Assembly (NCBI GenBank): GCA_963766935.1
Contig: CAVYBY010000002.1
Span: 289,372 to 353,371, forward strand
Length of the DNA stretch: 64,000 bases
Source of the DNA: an uncultured Actinomycetes bacterium
Lineage (GTDB): Bacteria > Actinomycetota > UBA4738 > HRBIN12
Direction of reading: 5' to 3'
The stretch's first letter is position 1. Each line of letters starts with the position of its first letter. Both the position numbers and the translations under genes were made by a program. This document shows positions 17,896 through 27,595 of this stretch, piece after piece. The notes beneath the pieces are model-generated. The model ran no database searches and was not told where the DNA came from. It worked only from the letters and a program-made list of their open reading frames with translations.

Positions 17896-19235
17896 GAGCC
17901 CAGTCGCCGAAGGAGCAGCGCCTCGGCCACGACCGTGCGCTCCAGGTCAAGGAGATCGACGCTCTCGTCGATCGAGTGAGCGTTGGACCGGTCGTCGCCC
18001 GCGCCGATGATCACGATCTCGATCCCCGGGAACGTCTCGGCGAGCATCGGCACGAGCGGGATCGACCCGCCGGAGCCGACTTCGAGGACATCGGTCACGC
18101 CGAACGCCTCGGCCATCGCCGATCTCGTCGCCAGGTGCGCGCGGGACGTGGTGTCGGCGAGATAGCCCGCACCGCCGTCCCCGGTGCGGACGGCCACCCG
18201 CACGCCCCACGGGGCGTTGCGAACGAGATGGTCCCGCACGTTGGCCGCGGCCAGGTCGGGATCGTCGTCCGGCGCAAGCCGCACGCTGATCCTCGCGCGC
18301 GCGGACGGGACGATCTGGTTGGAGGATTCGCGGACAGACGGGGCGTCGATCCCGACGACGTCGATCGCCGGGGCCGACAGCAGGCGGTCGGCGAGCGGGC
18401 CGGAGCCGATCAGCCGGACGTCCTCGAACATGCCGGAGTCGCGACGAAGGTCCTCCTCCAGGACCGGCTCTCCCTGCCAGGCGAAGCGCCGGAGCCCCTC
18501 GACCGCCACGTTCCCCTCGTCGTCGTGAAGGGTCGCGATGATCCGTGCGAGCGAGGTGATCGCGTCGGGAACCGCGCCGCCGAACGTCCCGCTGTGCTGG
18601 GCGATCGGCATCACCGCGACGTCGACGAAGCAATCGACGCCTCCCCGGATGCTCGTTCCGATGGTCGGCGCGCCGGTCCGCTCGTTCCCACCGTCACCCA
18701 CGATCGCGACATCGGCGCGCAACAGATCGGCGTTGCCGCCGACAAGATCGGACAGGTGCGCCGTCGAGCACTCCTCTTCGCCTTCGATCAGGATCTTGAT
18801 CGTCACGGGCGGCTTTGACCCGAGCGCCCGCAGGGCGGCCGCGTGGACGGCGATGCCGGCCTTGTTGTCGTCGGCCCCCCGGCCGAACAGACGGCCATCG
18901 CGGATCTCGGGTTCGAAGGGCGGGCTCGTCCAGTCGTCCGTGGGGCCCGCCGGTTGGACGTCGTGATGGGCATAGAGCAGGACGGTCGGGGCGCCGGCCG
19001 GACCGTCGAGCCGGTCCGTCTATTTGGCCGACACGGCGGGGTGACCACCTGGTTCGAGCAGCCGTGTCTCGGCGCCCGCCGAGGCCAGCAGCTCCCGGGT
19101 CAGCTCGGCGCTCGCCCTGACGTTGGCCGGGTCGTAGCCGGGATAGCCGACCGAGGGGATCCGGACGAGCCGCGACAGCTCGTCGATCGTCCGGTCGATG
19201 TCGTCGTGGATGCGGGCTCGCAGGTCCTCGCTCAT
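17892..19235 (-). pseudogene. M20 family dipeptidase/peptidase with an in-frame TAG (amber) codon at 19020-19022
   Basis: N-terminal MSEDLRARIHDDIDRTIDELSRLVRIPSVGYPG...GGHPAVSAK, then TAG, then TDRLDGPAGAPTVLLYAHHDVQP...GRGADDNKAGIAVH...IEGEEECS, all in the same frame. The conserved M20 metal-binding motifs lie on both sides of the stop. Confidence 0.8.
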
Positions 19236-19275
19236 GCGCACGGCGCAGGGTACCGGTCGAACGGGTGGCCCGGAT

Positions 19276-19932
19276 CTACGGCGAGAGGCGGTCGATCCGC
19301 CAGCCGTCCGCGTCCCGCGCGTAGCGGAACCGGTCGTGCAGGCGTCCCTGCCGGCCCTGCCAGAACTCCATCCGCTCCGGGATGATCCGGAACCCGCCCC
19401 AAAACGGTGGCCGGGGGACGGGCGAGCCCTCGAATCTTGCCTCGACCTCAGCGATCGCCGCGTCCAGGACATCGCGTTCGGCCAGGGTCTGCGACTGGCG
19501 CGACGCCCACGCACCCACCTGCGCCTCGCGCGGTCTGGTCGCGAAGTACGCGTCGCTTTCTTCGTCCCCGACCAGCTCGACCGCTCCGTCGGCGCTCATC
19601 TGACGGTCGAGCTCGCGCCAGTACAGGACGATCGCCGCGTGCGGGTTCTCGGCGAGCTGCCGGCCCTTGCGGCTCTCGCGGTTCGAGTAGAACACCAAGC
19701 CGCGCTCGTCGAGGCCGCGCAGGAGCACGTGCCGCACCGACGGGACGCCGCCGGCATCGGCGGTGGCGAGCGCCATCGCGTTGGGAAGCGCCACCCCTTC
19801 CGTCTCCGCATCCGCGAGCCATGCGAGGAATTGCCGGATCGGATCGGGGTCCAGGTCGGACCGGCGGAGCGGCCGGTCGACGTGGAACCCCGACGGCGCC
19901 TGCATGTCCCGCGGATCCGTCACGCGGCTCAT
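19276..19932 (-). CDS. pdxH: Pyridoxamine 5'-phosphate oxidase
   Basis: 218 aa. Motifs LATADAGGVPSVRHVLLRGLDERGLVFYSN and C-terminal EFWQGRQGRLHDR. Confidence 0.9.
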   Translation of the reverse strand: MSRVTDPRDMQAPSGFHVDRPLRRSDLDPDPIRQFLAWLADAETEGVALPNAMALATADAGGVPSVRHVLLRGLDERGLVFYSNRESRKGRQLAENPHAAIVLYWRELDRQMSADGAVELVGDEESDAYFATRPREAQVGAWASRQSQTLAERDVLDAAIAEVEARFEGSPVPRPPFWGGFRIIPERMEFWQGRQGRLHDRFRYARDADGWRIDRLSP

Positions 19933-20015
19933 CGTAGTGGCGCTGATTCTCGACGGCTTAGGAATGTGCTGCGACGGTTCGGGCCCTCGCCGAACGGGCC
20001 GGCCTCGACCGCGGG

Positions 20016-20087
20016 TGCCCCCGGCAGGACTCGAACCTGCGCACCCGGCTCCGGAGGCCGGTGCTCTATCCTCTGAGCTACGGGGGC
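20016..20087 (-). tRNA. tRNA-Arg (anticodon CCG)
   Basis: Reverse complement folds as a cloverleaf: acceptor GCCCCCG/CGGGGGC, D-stem GCTC/GAGC, anticodon stem CCGGC/GCCGG with loop CTCCGGA, T-arm GCAGG-TTCGAGT-CCTGC, discriminator A. No encoded CCA. Confidence 0.85.
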
Positions 20088-20158
20088 GTAGCGAGCGAGT
20101 CTAGCAACCGCCGTTCGCGCGGCCGGAGCCGGGAACGGTACGGGTATCCTCACCTCTC

Positions 20159-20545
20159 ATGGACCCTGCCGCCGGGCCTCACGTTCTCATCGTCGACGAC
20201 GATCTGGTGATCCTGCGGTTGCTCGAGGTGAATTTCCGTCTCGAAGGGTTTGCGGTGACCTCCGTCGCGCGTGGTGACGAGGCGATCGACTCGATGGATC
20301 GCGAGCCACCCGACGCCCTCGTCGCCGACGTGACGATGCCGGGTCTCGACGGGTACGAGCTTTGCGAGCGTCTCCGCGCCGACTCGAGGTTCGTCACCCT
20401 GCCGATCGTGCTGCTGACCGCACGCTCGCAGGAGGAGGACCGCAGCCGAGGCCGCACGCTCGGTGTCTCGGCGTACATGACGAAGCCGTTCGATCCCGCC
20501 GAGCTGGTCTCGCTCGTGCGGACGCTCGTCCCGGACCCGCGCTGA
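20159..20545 (+). CDS. Response regulator receiver domain protein (stand-alone CheY-like)
   Basis: 128 aa. Acidic pocket DD, phospho-acceptor Asp in LVADVTMPGLDG, conserved T (LLTA) and K (KPF). Confidence 0.85.
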   Translation: MDPAAGPHVLIVDDDLVILRLLEVNFRLEGFAVTSVARGDEAIDSMDREPPDALVADVTMPGLDGYELCERLRADSRFVTLPIVLLTARSQEEDRSRGRTLGVSAYMTKPFDPAELVSLVRTLVPDPR

Positions 20546-22218
20546 TGCAGGAGCGGCTTGCCGCGCTCTTGCGGGAAGGCCTGGCGGCCGCCGCTCCGGC
20601 GCTTGGCGTGGACGGCGACCTGCCCGAGCCCGAGATCTTGCGCCCGAAGCAGCGCGAGCACGGCGATTTCTCCACCAACGTCGCCCTGGCGCTCGCCACC
20701 CGCGCGGGGCGGCCGCCTCGCGAGGTCGCTGCCGCCATCGCCGACGCCCTTCCGCCATCGCCGTTCGTCGAGCGGGTCGAGATCGCCGGTCCGGGCTTCC
20801 TCAATTTGTTCGTCACCGACTCGTGGCTGCACGACGCGCTGCGCGAGATCGTGGATCGGGGACCGGCGTTCGGCCGGGCTCAGCCGACCGGCCGGCGGGT
20901 GCAGGTCGAATTCGTGAGCGCAAACCCCACCGGGCCGCTGACGATCGGCCACGCGCGCAACGCGGCCATCGGCGACGCGCTCGCCCGGCTGCTCGAGTTC
21001 CGCGGGTGGGCGGTCGAGCGCGAGTACTACTACAACGACGCCGGCGGCCAGATGGACCGCTTCGGGGAGTCGGTTGAGGCGTGGTACCTCAAGCACTGTG
21101 GGGTCGACGCCGAGGTTCCCGAGGACGGCTACCACGGGTCGTACATCAGCGAGCTCGCGCTGCGGTTCAAGGAAGAAGTCGGTCCGCTCTACGTGGATTG
21201 GCCTCACGACAAGCGACTGCCGCTCATCCGGCAGGCCGCCGCCGAGACCGTCCTTTTGTGGATCGACAAGAGCCTTCACGACTTCGGCGTCGAGTTCGAC
21301 CTCTTCAGATCCGAGTCCAACGACCTTGCCGCGACCCATCTGATCGAGCAGACGATTGCGCGTCTGCAGGCCGCCGGATTCCTCTATTCGGCCGAGGGTG
21401 CCACCTGGTTCCGCTCGACGGACTTCGGAGACGACAAGGACCGGGTCCTCGTCCGTTCCAACGGGGTGCCGACGTACTTCGCCGCCGACTGCGCCTACGT
21501 CGTGGACAAGTTCAACCGCGGCTTCGACCACCTGATCTATGTCTGGGGGGCAGACCATCACGGCGACGTCGTCCGGGTGAAAGGTGCGGCGCAGGCTCTC
21601 GGGTTCGATGCGGCGGCCGTCGAGATCCTCATCTATCAGTGGGTGAGCTTCATGCGCGAGGGCAAACCGGTGCCCATGAGCAAGCGCGCGGGGACCTTCG
21701 TGACGCTCGACGAGCTGATCCAGGAGGTCGGCACGGATGCGGCGCGCTACCACCTGCTGATGTTCTCGATCGACGCGGCCGTCAACTTCGACATCGAGAC
21801 CGTCAAGCAGCAGACGATGGAGAATCCCGTCTACTACGTGCAGTACGGGCACGCGCGCATCGCGGCGATCCTGAGAAAGGCGGAGCGCGAGGGCGTCGTC
21901 CTCGGCCCGCTGCCGGATGCCGACCTGTCGCTGCTCTCGAGCGAGGAGGAGGTCGACCTCCTTCGCGCGCTGGCCGAGGTCCCGGGCGTGATCGAGGCGG
22001 CGGCGGACCTGCGCGCTCCCCACCGGCTGACGCACGCCGCCCAGGATCTGGCGGCAAAGTTCCACCGGTTCTATACGGAGCGGCGAGTCGTCTCGGACGA
22101 TCCGGCGCTCACGCAGGCCCGCCTGTGGCTCTGCTTCGCGACGAAGCAGGTGCTCGCGATCCTGCTCGGGCTTCTGGGCGTCTCGGCGCCCGAGTCGATG
22201 GAGCGATCCGCCGACTGA
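20545..22218 (+). CDS. argS: Arginine--tRNA ligase
   Basis: HIGH motif (ANPTGPLTIGHARN) and KMSK-like motif (PMSKRAGTFVTL). The ATG overlaps the receiver stop (TGATG). Confidence 0.9.
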   Translation: MQERLAALLREGLAAAAPALGVDGDLPEPEILRPKQREHGDFSTNVALALATRAGRPPREVAAAIADALPPSPFVERVEIAGPGFLNLFVTDSWLHDALREIVDRGPAFGRAQPTGRRVQVEFVSANPTGPLTIGHARNAAIGDALARLLEFRGWAVEREYYYNDAGGQMDRFGESVEAWYLKHCGVDAEVPEDGYHGSYISELALRFKEEVGPLYVDWPHDKRLPLIRQAAAETVLLWIDKSLHDFGVEFDLFRSESNDLAATHLIEQTIARLQAAGFLYSAEGATWFRSTDFGDDKDRVLVRSNGVPTYFAADCAYVVDKFNRGFDHLIYVWGADHHGDVVRVKGAAQALGFDAAAVEILIYQWVSFMREGKPVPMSKRAGTFVTLDELIQEVGTDAARYHLLMFSIDAAVNFDIETVKQQTMENPVYYVQYGHARIAAILRKAEREGVVLGPLPDADLSLLSSEEEVDLLRALAEVPGVIEAAADLRAPHRLTHAAQDLAAKFHRFYTERRVVSDDPALTQARLWLCFATKQVLAILLGLLGVSAPESMERSAD

Positions 22219-22257
22219 GGGCCGGCCGGGACCACGAGCCGCCATACTGACGGCGCG

Positions 22258-23562
22258 ATGGACCGACGTGCCGGCGACCGACCGATCCGGATCGGGGTCC
22301 TCGGCTGCGGCACCGTCGGCACGGCCGTGCTGCGGCTGCTGGCGGGCCACGGCGAGGACGTTCTTCGCCGCGCCGGTGTCGGACTCCAGGTCACCCGCAT
22401 CGCCGTGCGCGACCTCCGGCTCGATCGCGGTCCCGATGTTCCACGCCACCTCCTCACCGACGATGCCTCCGCCGTCGTCGCGGATCCCGATGTCGATGTC
22501 GTCTGTGAGGTGATCGGTGGGATCGAGCCCGCCCGGACCCTGCTGCTCGAGGCGCTCGCAGCCGGAAAGCCGGTGGTCACGGCGAACAAAGAGCTGCTCG
22601 CAAGCGCCGGTACGGAGTTGTGCGCGGCAGCGCATGCGGCCGGCGTCGACCTGTACTTCGAAGCGGCCGTCGGCGGCGGTATCCCGCTGATCCGCCCGCT
22701 CAAGGAGTCGCTCGTCGCGGAGCGAACCGCCCGGATCCTCGGGATCGTGAACGGCACGACCAACTACGTTCTCTCGCAGATGACCGACCACGGGTCGTCC
22801 TTCGCCGAAGCGCTCGCCGAGGCGCAGCGGCTCGGGTACGCGGAGGCGGATCCGACGGCCGACGTGGACGGATACGACGCCGCCGCAAAGTGCGCCATCC
22901 TCGCCTCGATCGCGTTCAACTCGCGCGTGACGAACGCGGACGTGTATCGCGAGGGAATCAGCGCCGTGACCGCGCAGGACATCGCCGACGCGACACGGCT
23001 CGGCTACGTCGTGAAGCTCCTCGCCATCGCGGAGCTGGAGGACGGCGAGATCAGCGCCAGGGTGCACCCCGCGATGGTGCCGGTCGCACACCCGCTGGCC
23101 ACAGTTCGGGATGCCTTCAACGCCGTCTTCATCGAGGGCCCCACGATCGGGCAGCTGATGTTCTACGGACGCGGGGCCGGAGGAGACCCGACGGCGACGG
23201 CGGTCGTCGGAGATCTGGTCGCGGTGGCGCGGCACCTCGTTCGCGGCGGGATCGGCATGGGGTGCACCTGCGCGCTCGAGCGCCGGATCCGGCCGATGGA
23301 CGACACGCTCGGCCAGTACTACCTCAACCTGCACGTCGAGGACCGGCCGGGCGTGCTCGCCTCGACCGCCGAGGCATTCGGCCGAAACGGCGTGTCGATC
23401 GAGCGCGTGTGGCAGGAGGGGTTCGGCGACGAGGCCACGCTCGTGTTCATCACGCACCGCGCGCAGGAGGGCGCGTTCCAGAAGACCGTGGCGGAGCTCC
23501 GCGAGCTGGATGCGGTGCGCGCGGTGGGGAGCGTCCTGCGAGTCGAGGGCGAAGAACCGTGA
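22258..23562 (+). CDS. hom: Homoserine dehydrogenase with C-terminal ACT domain
   Basis: NAD-binding IRIGVLGCGTVG, catalytic region, and a C-terminal ACT domain. Confidence 0.9.
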   Translation: MDRRAGDRPIRIGVLGCGTVGTAVLRLLAGHGEDVLRRAGVGLQVTRIAVRDLRLDRGPDVPRHLLTDDASAVVADPDVDVVCEVIGGIEPARTLLLEALAAGKPVVTANKELLASAGTELCAAAHAAGVDLYFEAAVGGGIPLIRPLKESLVAERTARILGIVNGTTNYVLSQMTDHGSSFAEALAEAQRLGYAEADPTADVDGYDAAAKCAILASIAFNSRVTNADVYREGISAVTAQDIADATRLGYVVKLLAIAELEDGEISARVHPAMVPVAHPLATVRDAFNAVFIEGPTIGQLMFYGRGAGGDPTATAVVGDLVAVARHLVRGGIGMGCTCALERRIRPMDDTLGQYYLNLHVEDRPGVLASTAEAFGRNGVSIERVWQEGFGDEATLVFITHRAQEGAFQKTVAELRELDAVRAVGSVLRVEGEEP

Positions 23563-24614
23563 CCGCGCATCAATGGCGGGGCGTGATCGAGGAGTATCGC
23601 GAGCGCCTGCCGGTTTCGGAGACGACCCCGGTGATCACCCTGCGGGAGGGCGGCACGCCGCTCGTTCGGTCCGCGTCGCTGTCGGACGAGACGGGCTGCG
23701 AGGTGTGGCTGAAGTACGACGGCGCAAACCCGACCGGCTCGTTCAAGGATCGTGGGATGACCCTGGCCATCTCGAAAGCCGTCGAGGAGGGGTCGAAGGC
23801 GGTCGTGTGCGCCTCGACCGGCAACACGAGCGCGAGCGCCGCCGCCTACTCGGCCAAGGCGGGGCTGACCTGCGCCGTGCTGGTGCCCAAGGGCAAGATC
23901 GCGCTCGGCAAGATGGCGCAGACCCTCGTGCACGGCGCGCATGTTCTCGAGGTGGATGGGAACTTCGACGAATCCCTTGCGGTCGCGCTCGAGCTGTCGG
24001 AGCGATATCCCGTGACGCTCGTGAACTCGCTCAACCCCTACCGGCTGGAGGGGCAGAAGACGTGCGCGTTCGAGATCGTCGACGCGCTGGGGCGCGCACC
24101 GGACATCCACTGCGTTCCGGTCGGCAACGCGGGGAACATCTCGAGCCACTGGCTGGGCTACTCCGAGTATCTGCGCGACGGGCAGATGGCCGAGCCGCCG
24201 CAGCTCTTCGGGTTCCAGGCGCAGGGAGCGGCCCCGATCGTGCTCGGGCAGCCGGTTGCGAACCCCCAGACGATCGCCACGGCCATCCGGATCGGCAACC
24301 CGGCTTCGTGGCAGCGCGCCGTCGCCGCGGCCACGGAGTCCGAAGGGGCGATCCTCGCGGTCACGGATCGGGAGATTCTCGCCTCGTATCGCCGGCTCGC
24401 GCGCGAAGGACTGTTCGCGGAGCCGGCGAGCGCCGCCAGTGTGGCCGGCCTCTTGAAGCTTCACGGCCAGGGCCGTCTTCCACGCGGCGCCGTCGTCGTC
24501 TGCGTGCTGACCGGTCACGGTCTGAAGGACCCGGAGTGGGCGATCTCGGGCGCGAGCCATCCGGTCACCGTCCCGGCGGAGGCGGCAAGCGTTGCCGCCG
24601 AGCTCGGGCTCTGA
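23559..24614 (+). CDS. thrC: Threonine synthase
   Basis: GTGA overlap with hom. PLP-lysine motif NPTGSFKDRGMT, and CASTGNTSASAAAY. Confidence 0.9.
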   Translation: MTAHQWRGVIEEYRERLPVSETTPVITLREGGTPLVRSASLSDETGCEVWLKYDGANPTGSFKDRGMTLAISKAVEEGSKAVVCASTGNTSASAAAYSAKAGLTCAVLVPKGKIALGKMAQTLVHGAHVLEVDGNFDESLAVALELSERYPVTLVNSLNPYRLEGQKTCAFEIVDALGRAPDIHCVPVGNAGNISSHWLGYSEYLRDGQMAEPPQLFGFQAQGAAPIVLGQPVANPQTIATAIRIGNPASWQRAVAAATESEGAILAVTDREILASYRRLAREGLFAEPASAASVAGLLKLHGQGRLPRGAVVVCVLTGHGLKDPEWAISGASHPVTVPAEAASVAAELGL

Positions 24615-24620
24615 CGGCGG

Positions 24621-25515
24621 ATGCGGCTCACCGTCCGGGTCCCGGCCACCTCCGCGAACCTCGGTCCCGGGTTCGACTGCTTCGGGCTGGCTCTCGACCT
24701 GTGCAACGAGGTGACGATCGACACCGAGGCCGAGTCCGGGGTGACATGGGAAGGGGAGGGGGCCGGCGAGCTCCCGACCGACGGCTCCGACCTGGTCAGC
24801 CGCGCGATGCAGCACGTCGACCGGCTCGCGCAGGAGACCCGGCGGTTCCCGCTGCCGAGGTTCCGCCTGCACGGGGTGAACCGGATCCCGCTCGCGGCCG
24901 GCCTCGGCTCGTCCTCGGCCGCCACGGTCGCCGGCGTCGTCCTTGCCTACCGGCTGCTGGATATCGGCGATCCGGGCCCGTACACGACGTTCTCGATCGC
25001 CGCGGAGCTGGAAGGCCACCCCGACAATGCCGCGCCGGCGGCGTTCGGCGGGTTCACGATCGCGGCTGCGTCCGGTTCGCACCGGGGTCTCGTCCGGCGG
25101 CTCGACGTTCATCCCGATCTGCGACCGGTGCTGCTCATTCCCGAGAACGTTCGTGTCTCGACCGCCGACGCGCGCGCCGCGCCTCCCGGCAACCGTTTCC
25201 CGCGAGGACGCCGTGTTCAACGTCGCGCACGCAGCGCTGACGGTCGAAGCGATCACCCGTGACCCCTCGCTCTTGCCGACGGCGCTGCGCGACCGTCTGC
25301 ATCAGGACGTGCGGCTCGCGCTCGTGCCGCAGGTGCGCGACGTCTTCGAACGCACCTGGAAGGCGAACGTCCCCGTCTGCGTCTCGGGGTCGGGGCCGGC
25401 GTTGCTCGCCTTCGACAGCGACGCCTACCCGGTGCCCGACCCCGGTGAGGGCTGGCGCGTGATGCGAACCTCGGTACGCGCGGCGGGTGCGGAGCTGATC
25501 GACCCCGGACCCTAG
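24621..25515 (+). pseudogene. thrB: Homoserine kinase; reading frame broken by a net +1 nt near 25178-25184 (probably a sequencing/assembly indel)
   Basis: GHMP kinase motif PLAAGLGSSSAATVAG in the first frame. The conserved C-terminus (…LPATVSREDAVFNVAHAAL…PVCVSGSGPALLAF…) is in the +1 frame. Length is 895 nt, which is 3n+1. Confidence 0.8.
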
Positions 25516-26690
25516 TCCGCGCAGGGGCCGGTCCCGACGGCCTTCGTTCGCGAGGCGGCGCGCTGCAGGAGCGGGACGATCTCGGTCGACGCGATCGCAT
25601 ACCCGATTCCCGGATCCGACGTCGAGTTGGCGAACACGAGCCCGGCGATCCGGCCGTCCACGAGCGCGAACGGTCCGCCGCTGTTGCCCGGGCGCACGTG
25701 CGCCTGCAGCTCGATCACGTCGCGCCGGACCTTCCCATGGCCGTAGATGTCCCGGCCGACCGCCGGCATCGTCCGCCGGACGGCCGCCTTCACGCCGGTG
25801 AGCGAGCCCCCGCCCGGGAAGCCGGCGACCGCGCCGACCTTCCCTCTGGGAACGGAGGTCCCGACGAGGCCGGCGACGGGTGCGTCGAGACCGTCGACGT
25901 GCAGGAACGCGACGTCGAGCCCCGGATCGAACAGGACGGGGGTGGCTCCGAAACGCTCGCCGCCCGCGATGACCTCCGGGGATGTCCCGCCCGCGACGAC
26001 ATGCGCGTTGGTGACGACCAGCTCGGGGGCGACGACGACACCGCTTCCCTGCACGATGCCCCCGCACGCCGGGTCCAGCACCTCGACCACCGATGCGCGG
26101 ACGGCGGTGAACGCCTTCCGCGCCTGAGCGCCGGTCGGTGGGCGCACCGGGGCGGCGGGTTCGGGTGGGATGCCCGTGAACACGTCGGGGAACCCGAGCA
26201 AGTCGAGGGCGCGGCGGATCTCCCCGATGAACGATGGCGGCGGCGGCATCACGGCGTTGATCGCGCGCACCATCGACGAGTCGCGGATGTCCCGTGAGAT
26301 CGCCGGAAACGGTCCGTTCGCGAGGTTGAGCGCGAGGAACCAGACCGTCAGGACCAGGGCGGCCGCCGACACCGCCGACCCGCCGAGAGCGTCCGCGAGA
26401 GACAGCCGGGTCCCCTGCGTCCGGTTGCGGAGACGCCTGCCGATCAGCGAGCCGGCCGCGTTTCCGACCGCGCCGCCCACGAACAGGCTCCCGAGCGCGA
26501 GCCCCGCCTTCGTCCAGGCGTCGGCCGAGAAGCCGGCGATGCGAGGCGCGGCCAGACCGCCCGCGGCAAGCCCGAGCACGGTTCCCGCCAGCCCGACCAG
26601 CTGCATCACCGCACCTCGCCGGTACCCGACCACGACCGAGAGAACCAGCAGCGCGACGAGCGCCACGTCAAAAAGCGTCACGGCGGCCAT
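25512..26690 (-). CDS. MarP-like membrane-anchored trypsin-family serine protease (CvpA-like TM domain plus S1 protease)
   Basis: Four N-terminal TM helices, then an S1 domain with VVTNAHVV (His), DVAFLHVD (Asp) and GNSGGPF (Ser). Confidence 0.8.
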   Translation of the reverse strand: MAAVTLFDVALVALLVLSVVVGYRRGAVMQLVGLAGTVLGLAAGGLAAPRIAGFSADAWTKAGLALGSLFVGGAVGNAAGSLIGRRLRNRTQGTRLSLADALGGSAVSAAALVLTVWFLALNLANGPFPAISRDIRDSSMVRAINAVMPPPPSFIGEIRRALDLLGFPDVFTGIPPEPAAPVRPPTGAQARKAFTAVRASVVEVLDPACGGIVQGSGVVVAPELVVTNAHVVAGGTSPEVIAGGERFGATPVLFDPGLDVAFLHVDGLDAPVAGLVGTSVPRGKVGAVAGFPGGGSLTGVKAAVRRTMPAVGRDIYGHGKVRRDVIELQAHVRPGNSGGPFALVDGRIAGLVFANSTSDPGIGYAIASTEIVPLLQRAASRTKAVGTGPCAD

Positions 26691-26767
26691 CGTCCCACGG
26701 AGCCTCCCCGGGAGGGCCGAGCCGAGGCTTCCACGATCGGACCGCCCCCCGCCCCTAGACTGAGGGA

Positions 26768-27550
26768 GTGATCACGATCGCCCATATCTCCGATCCGCAT
26801 GTTGGATCGTTGTATTTCGTCCCCAACCTCATGAACCGCGTCATCAAGGAGCTGAACGAGCTCCGCCCCGACGCCGTCGTCTGCTCCGGCGACCTGACGA
26901 ACGAGGGGTTCCGGCAGGAGTACAAGAACTGGCTCGCGTACGCCGAACGGATCGAGGCGCCCGTCCATACGGTTCCCGGCAACCACGACTCGCGAAACGT
27001 CGGGTACCTGCATTTCGAGGATCTGATCGGTCCGCGGATGTGGTCGGTGGACGTGGGCGGGGTCCGGATCGTCGGCGTGGATTCGAGCGAGCCCGACCTC
27101 AACAAGGGAAAGGTCGGCCGGTTCCACTACGAATGGATCAAAGAGGAGTTCGGCCGGCCGGCGGCCGTGCGGGTGTTCGTTCTGCACCACCACCTGCTGC
27201 CGGTGCCGGGAACCGGCCGCGAACGAAGCACGGTGAGCGACGCCGGCGACCTGCTCGAGGTGCTCATCCATGCCGGAACCAACATCGTGCTCTCCGGGCA
27301 CAAGCACGTCCCGTATGTCTGGCGCCTCGAGGGCATGTACATCGCGAACGCCGGCACCGTTTCTTCCCTCCGGGTGCGGGGCTACACCAAGCCGTGCTAC
27401 AACGTGTTGTCCTTCGATGGGGACGAGGTGGAGATCCGCCGGAAGTTCCCGTTTGGCGAGGAGCATCTGATGGCGCGCTTCTCGCTCGGCGAGTCACTCT
27501 CGAGCCACCGCGAAGCCCCGGTCCAGGAGCCTGCGGCCGCCGGCGACTGA
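26768..27550 (+). CDS. Calcineurin-like metallophosphoesterase
   Basis: Motifs ISDPHVG, GDLTNEG, GNHD, and late HHHL/GHKH. Confidence 0.85.
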   Translation: MITIAHISDPHVGSLYFVPNLMNRVIKELNELRPDAVVCSGDLTNEGFRQEYKNWLAYAERIEAPVHTVPGNHDSRNVGYLHFEDLIGPRMWSVDVGGVRIVGVDSSEPDLNKGKVGRFHYEWIKEEFGRPAAVRVFVLHHHLLPVPGTGRERSTVSDAGDLLEVLIHAGTNIVLSGHKHVPYVWRLEGMYIANAGTVSSLRVRGYTKPCYNVLSFDGDEVEIRRKFPFGEEHLMARFSLGESLSSHREAPVQEPAAAGD

Positions 27551-27595
27551 CGTCATCGCCGGCCCGTCCGCGCGACTTCGAAAGGTCTGAATCCC

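Noticed and set aside
19020-19022. TAG as a recoded (pyrrolysine/readthrough) codon in the M20 peptidase
   Set aside because: No Pyl machinery is expected in this phylum and no downstream recoding structure is evident. A point nonsense change or base-call error is far more likely.
20016-20087. tRNA gene as an integration hotspot / genomic island boundary
   Set aside because: No integrase, direct repeat of the tRNA 3' end, or compositional shift nearby. The flanking genes (pdxH, argS) are core housekeeping.
15065-25190. Programmed ribosomal frameshifting in potD1 and thrB
   Set aside because: No slippery heptamer or stimulatory structure at either junction. Both are +1-nt length anomalies in ordinary GC-rich codons, so a simple indel is the likely cause.
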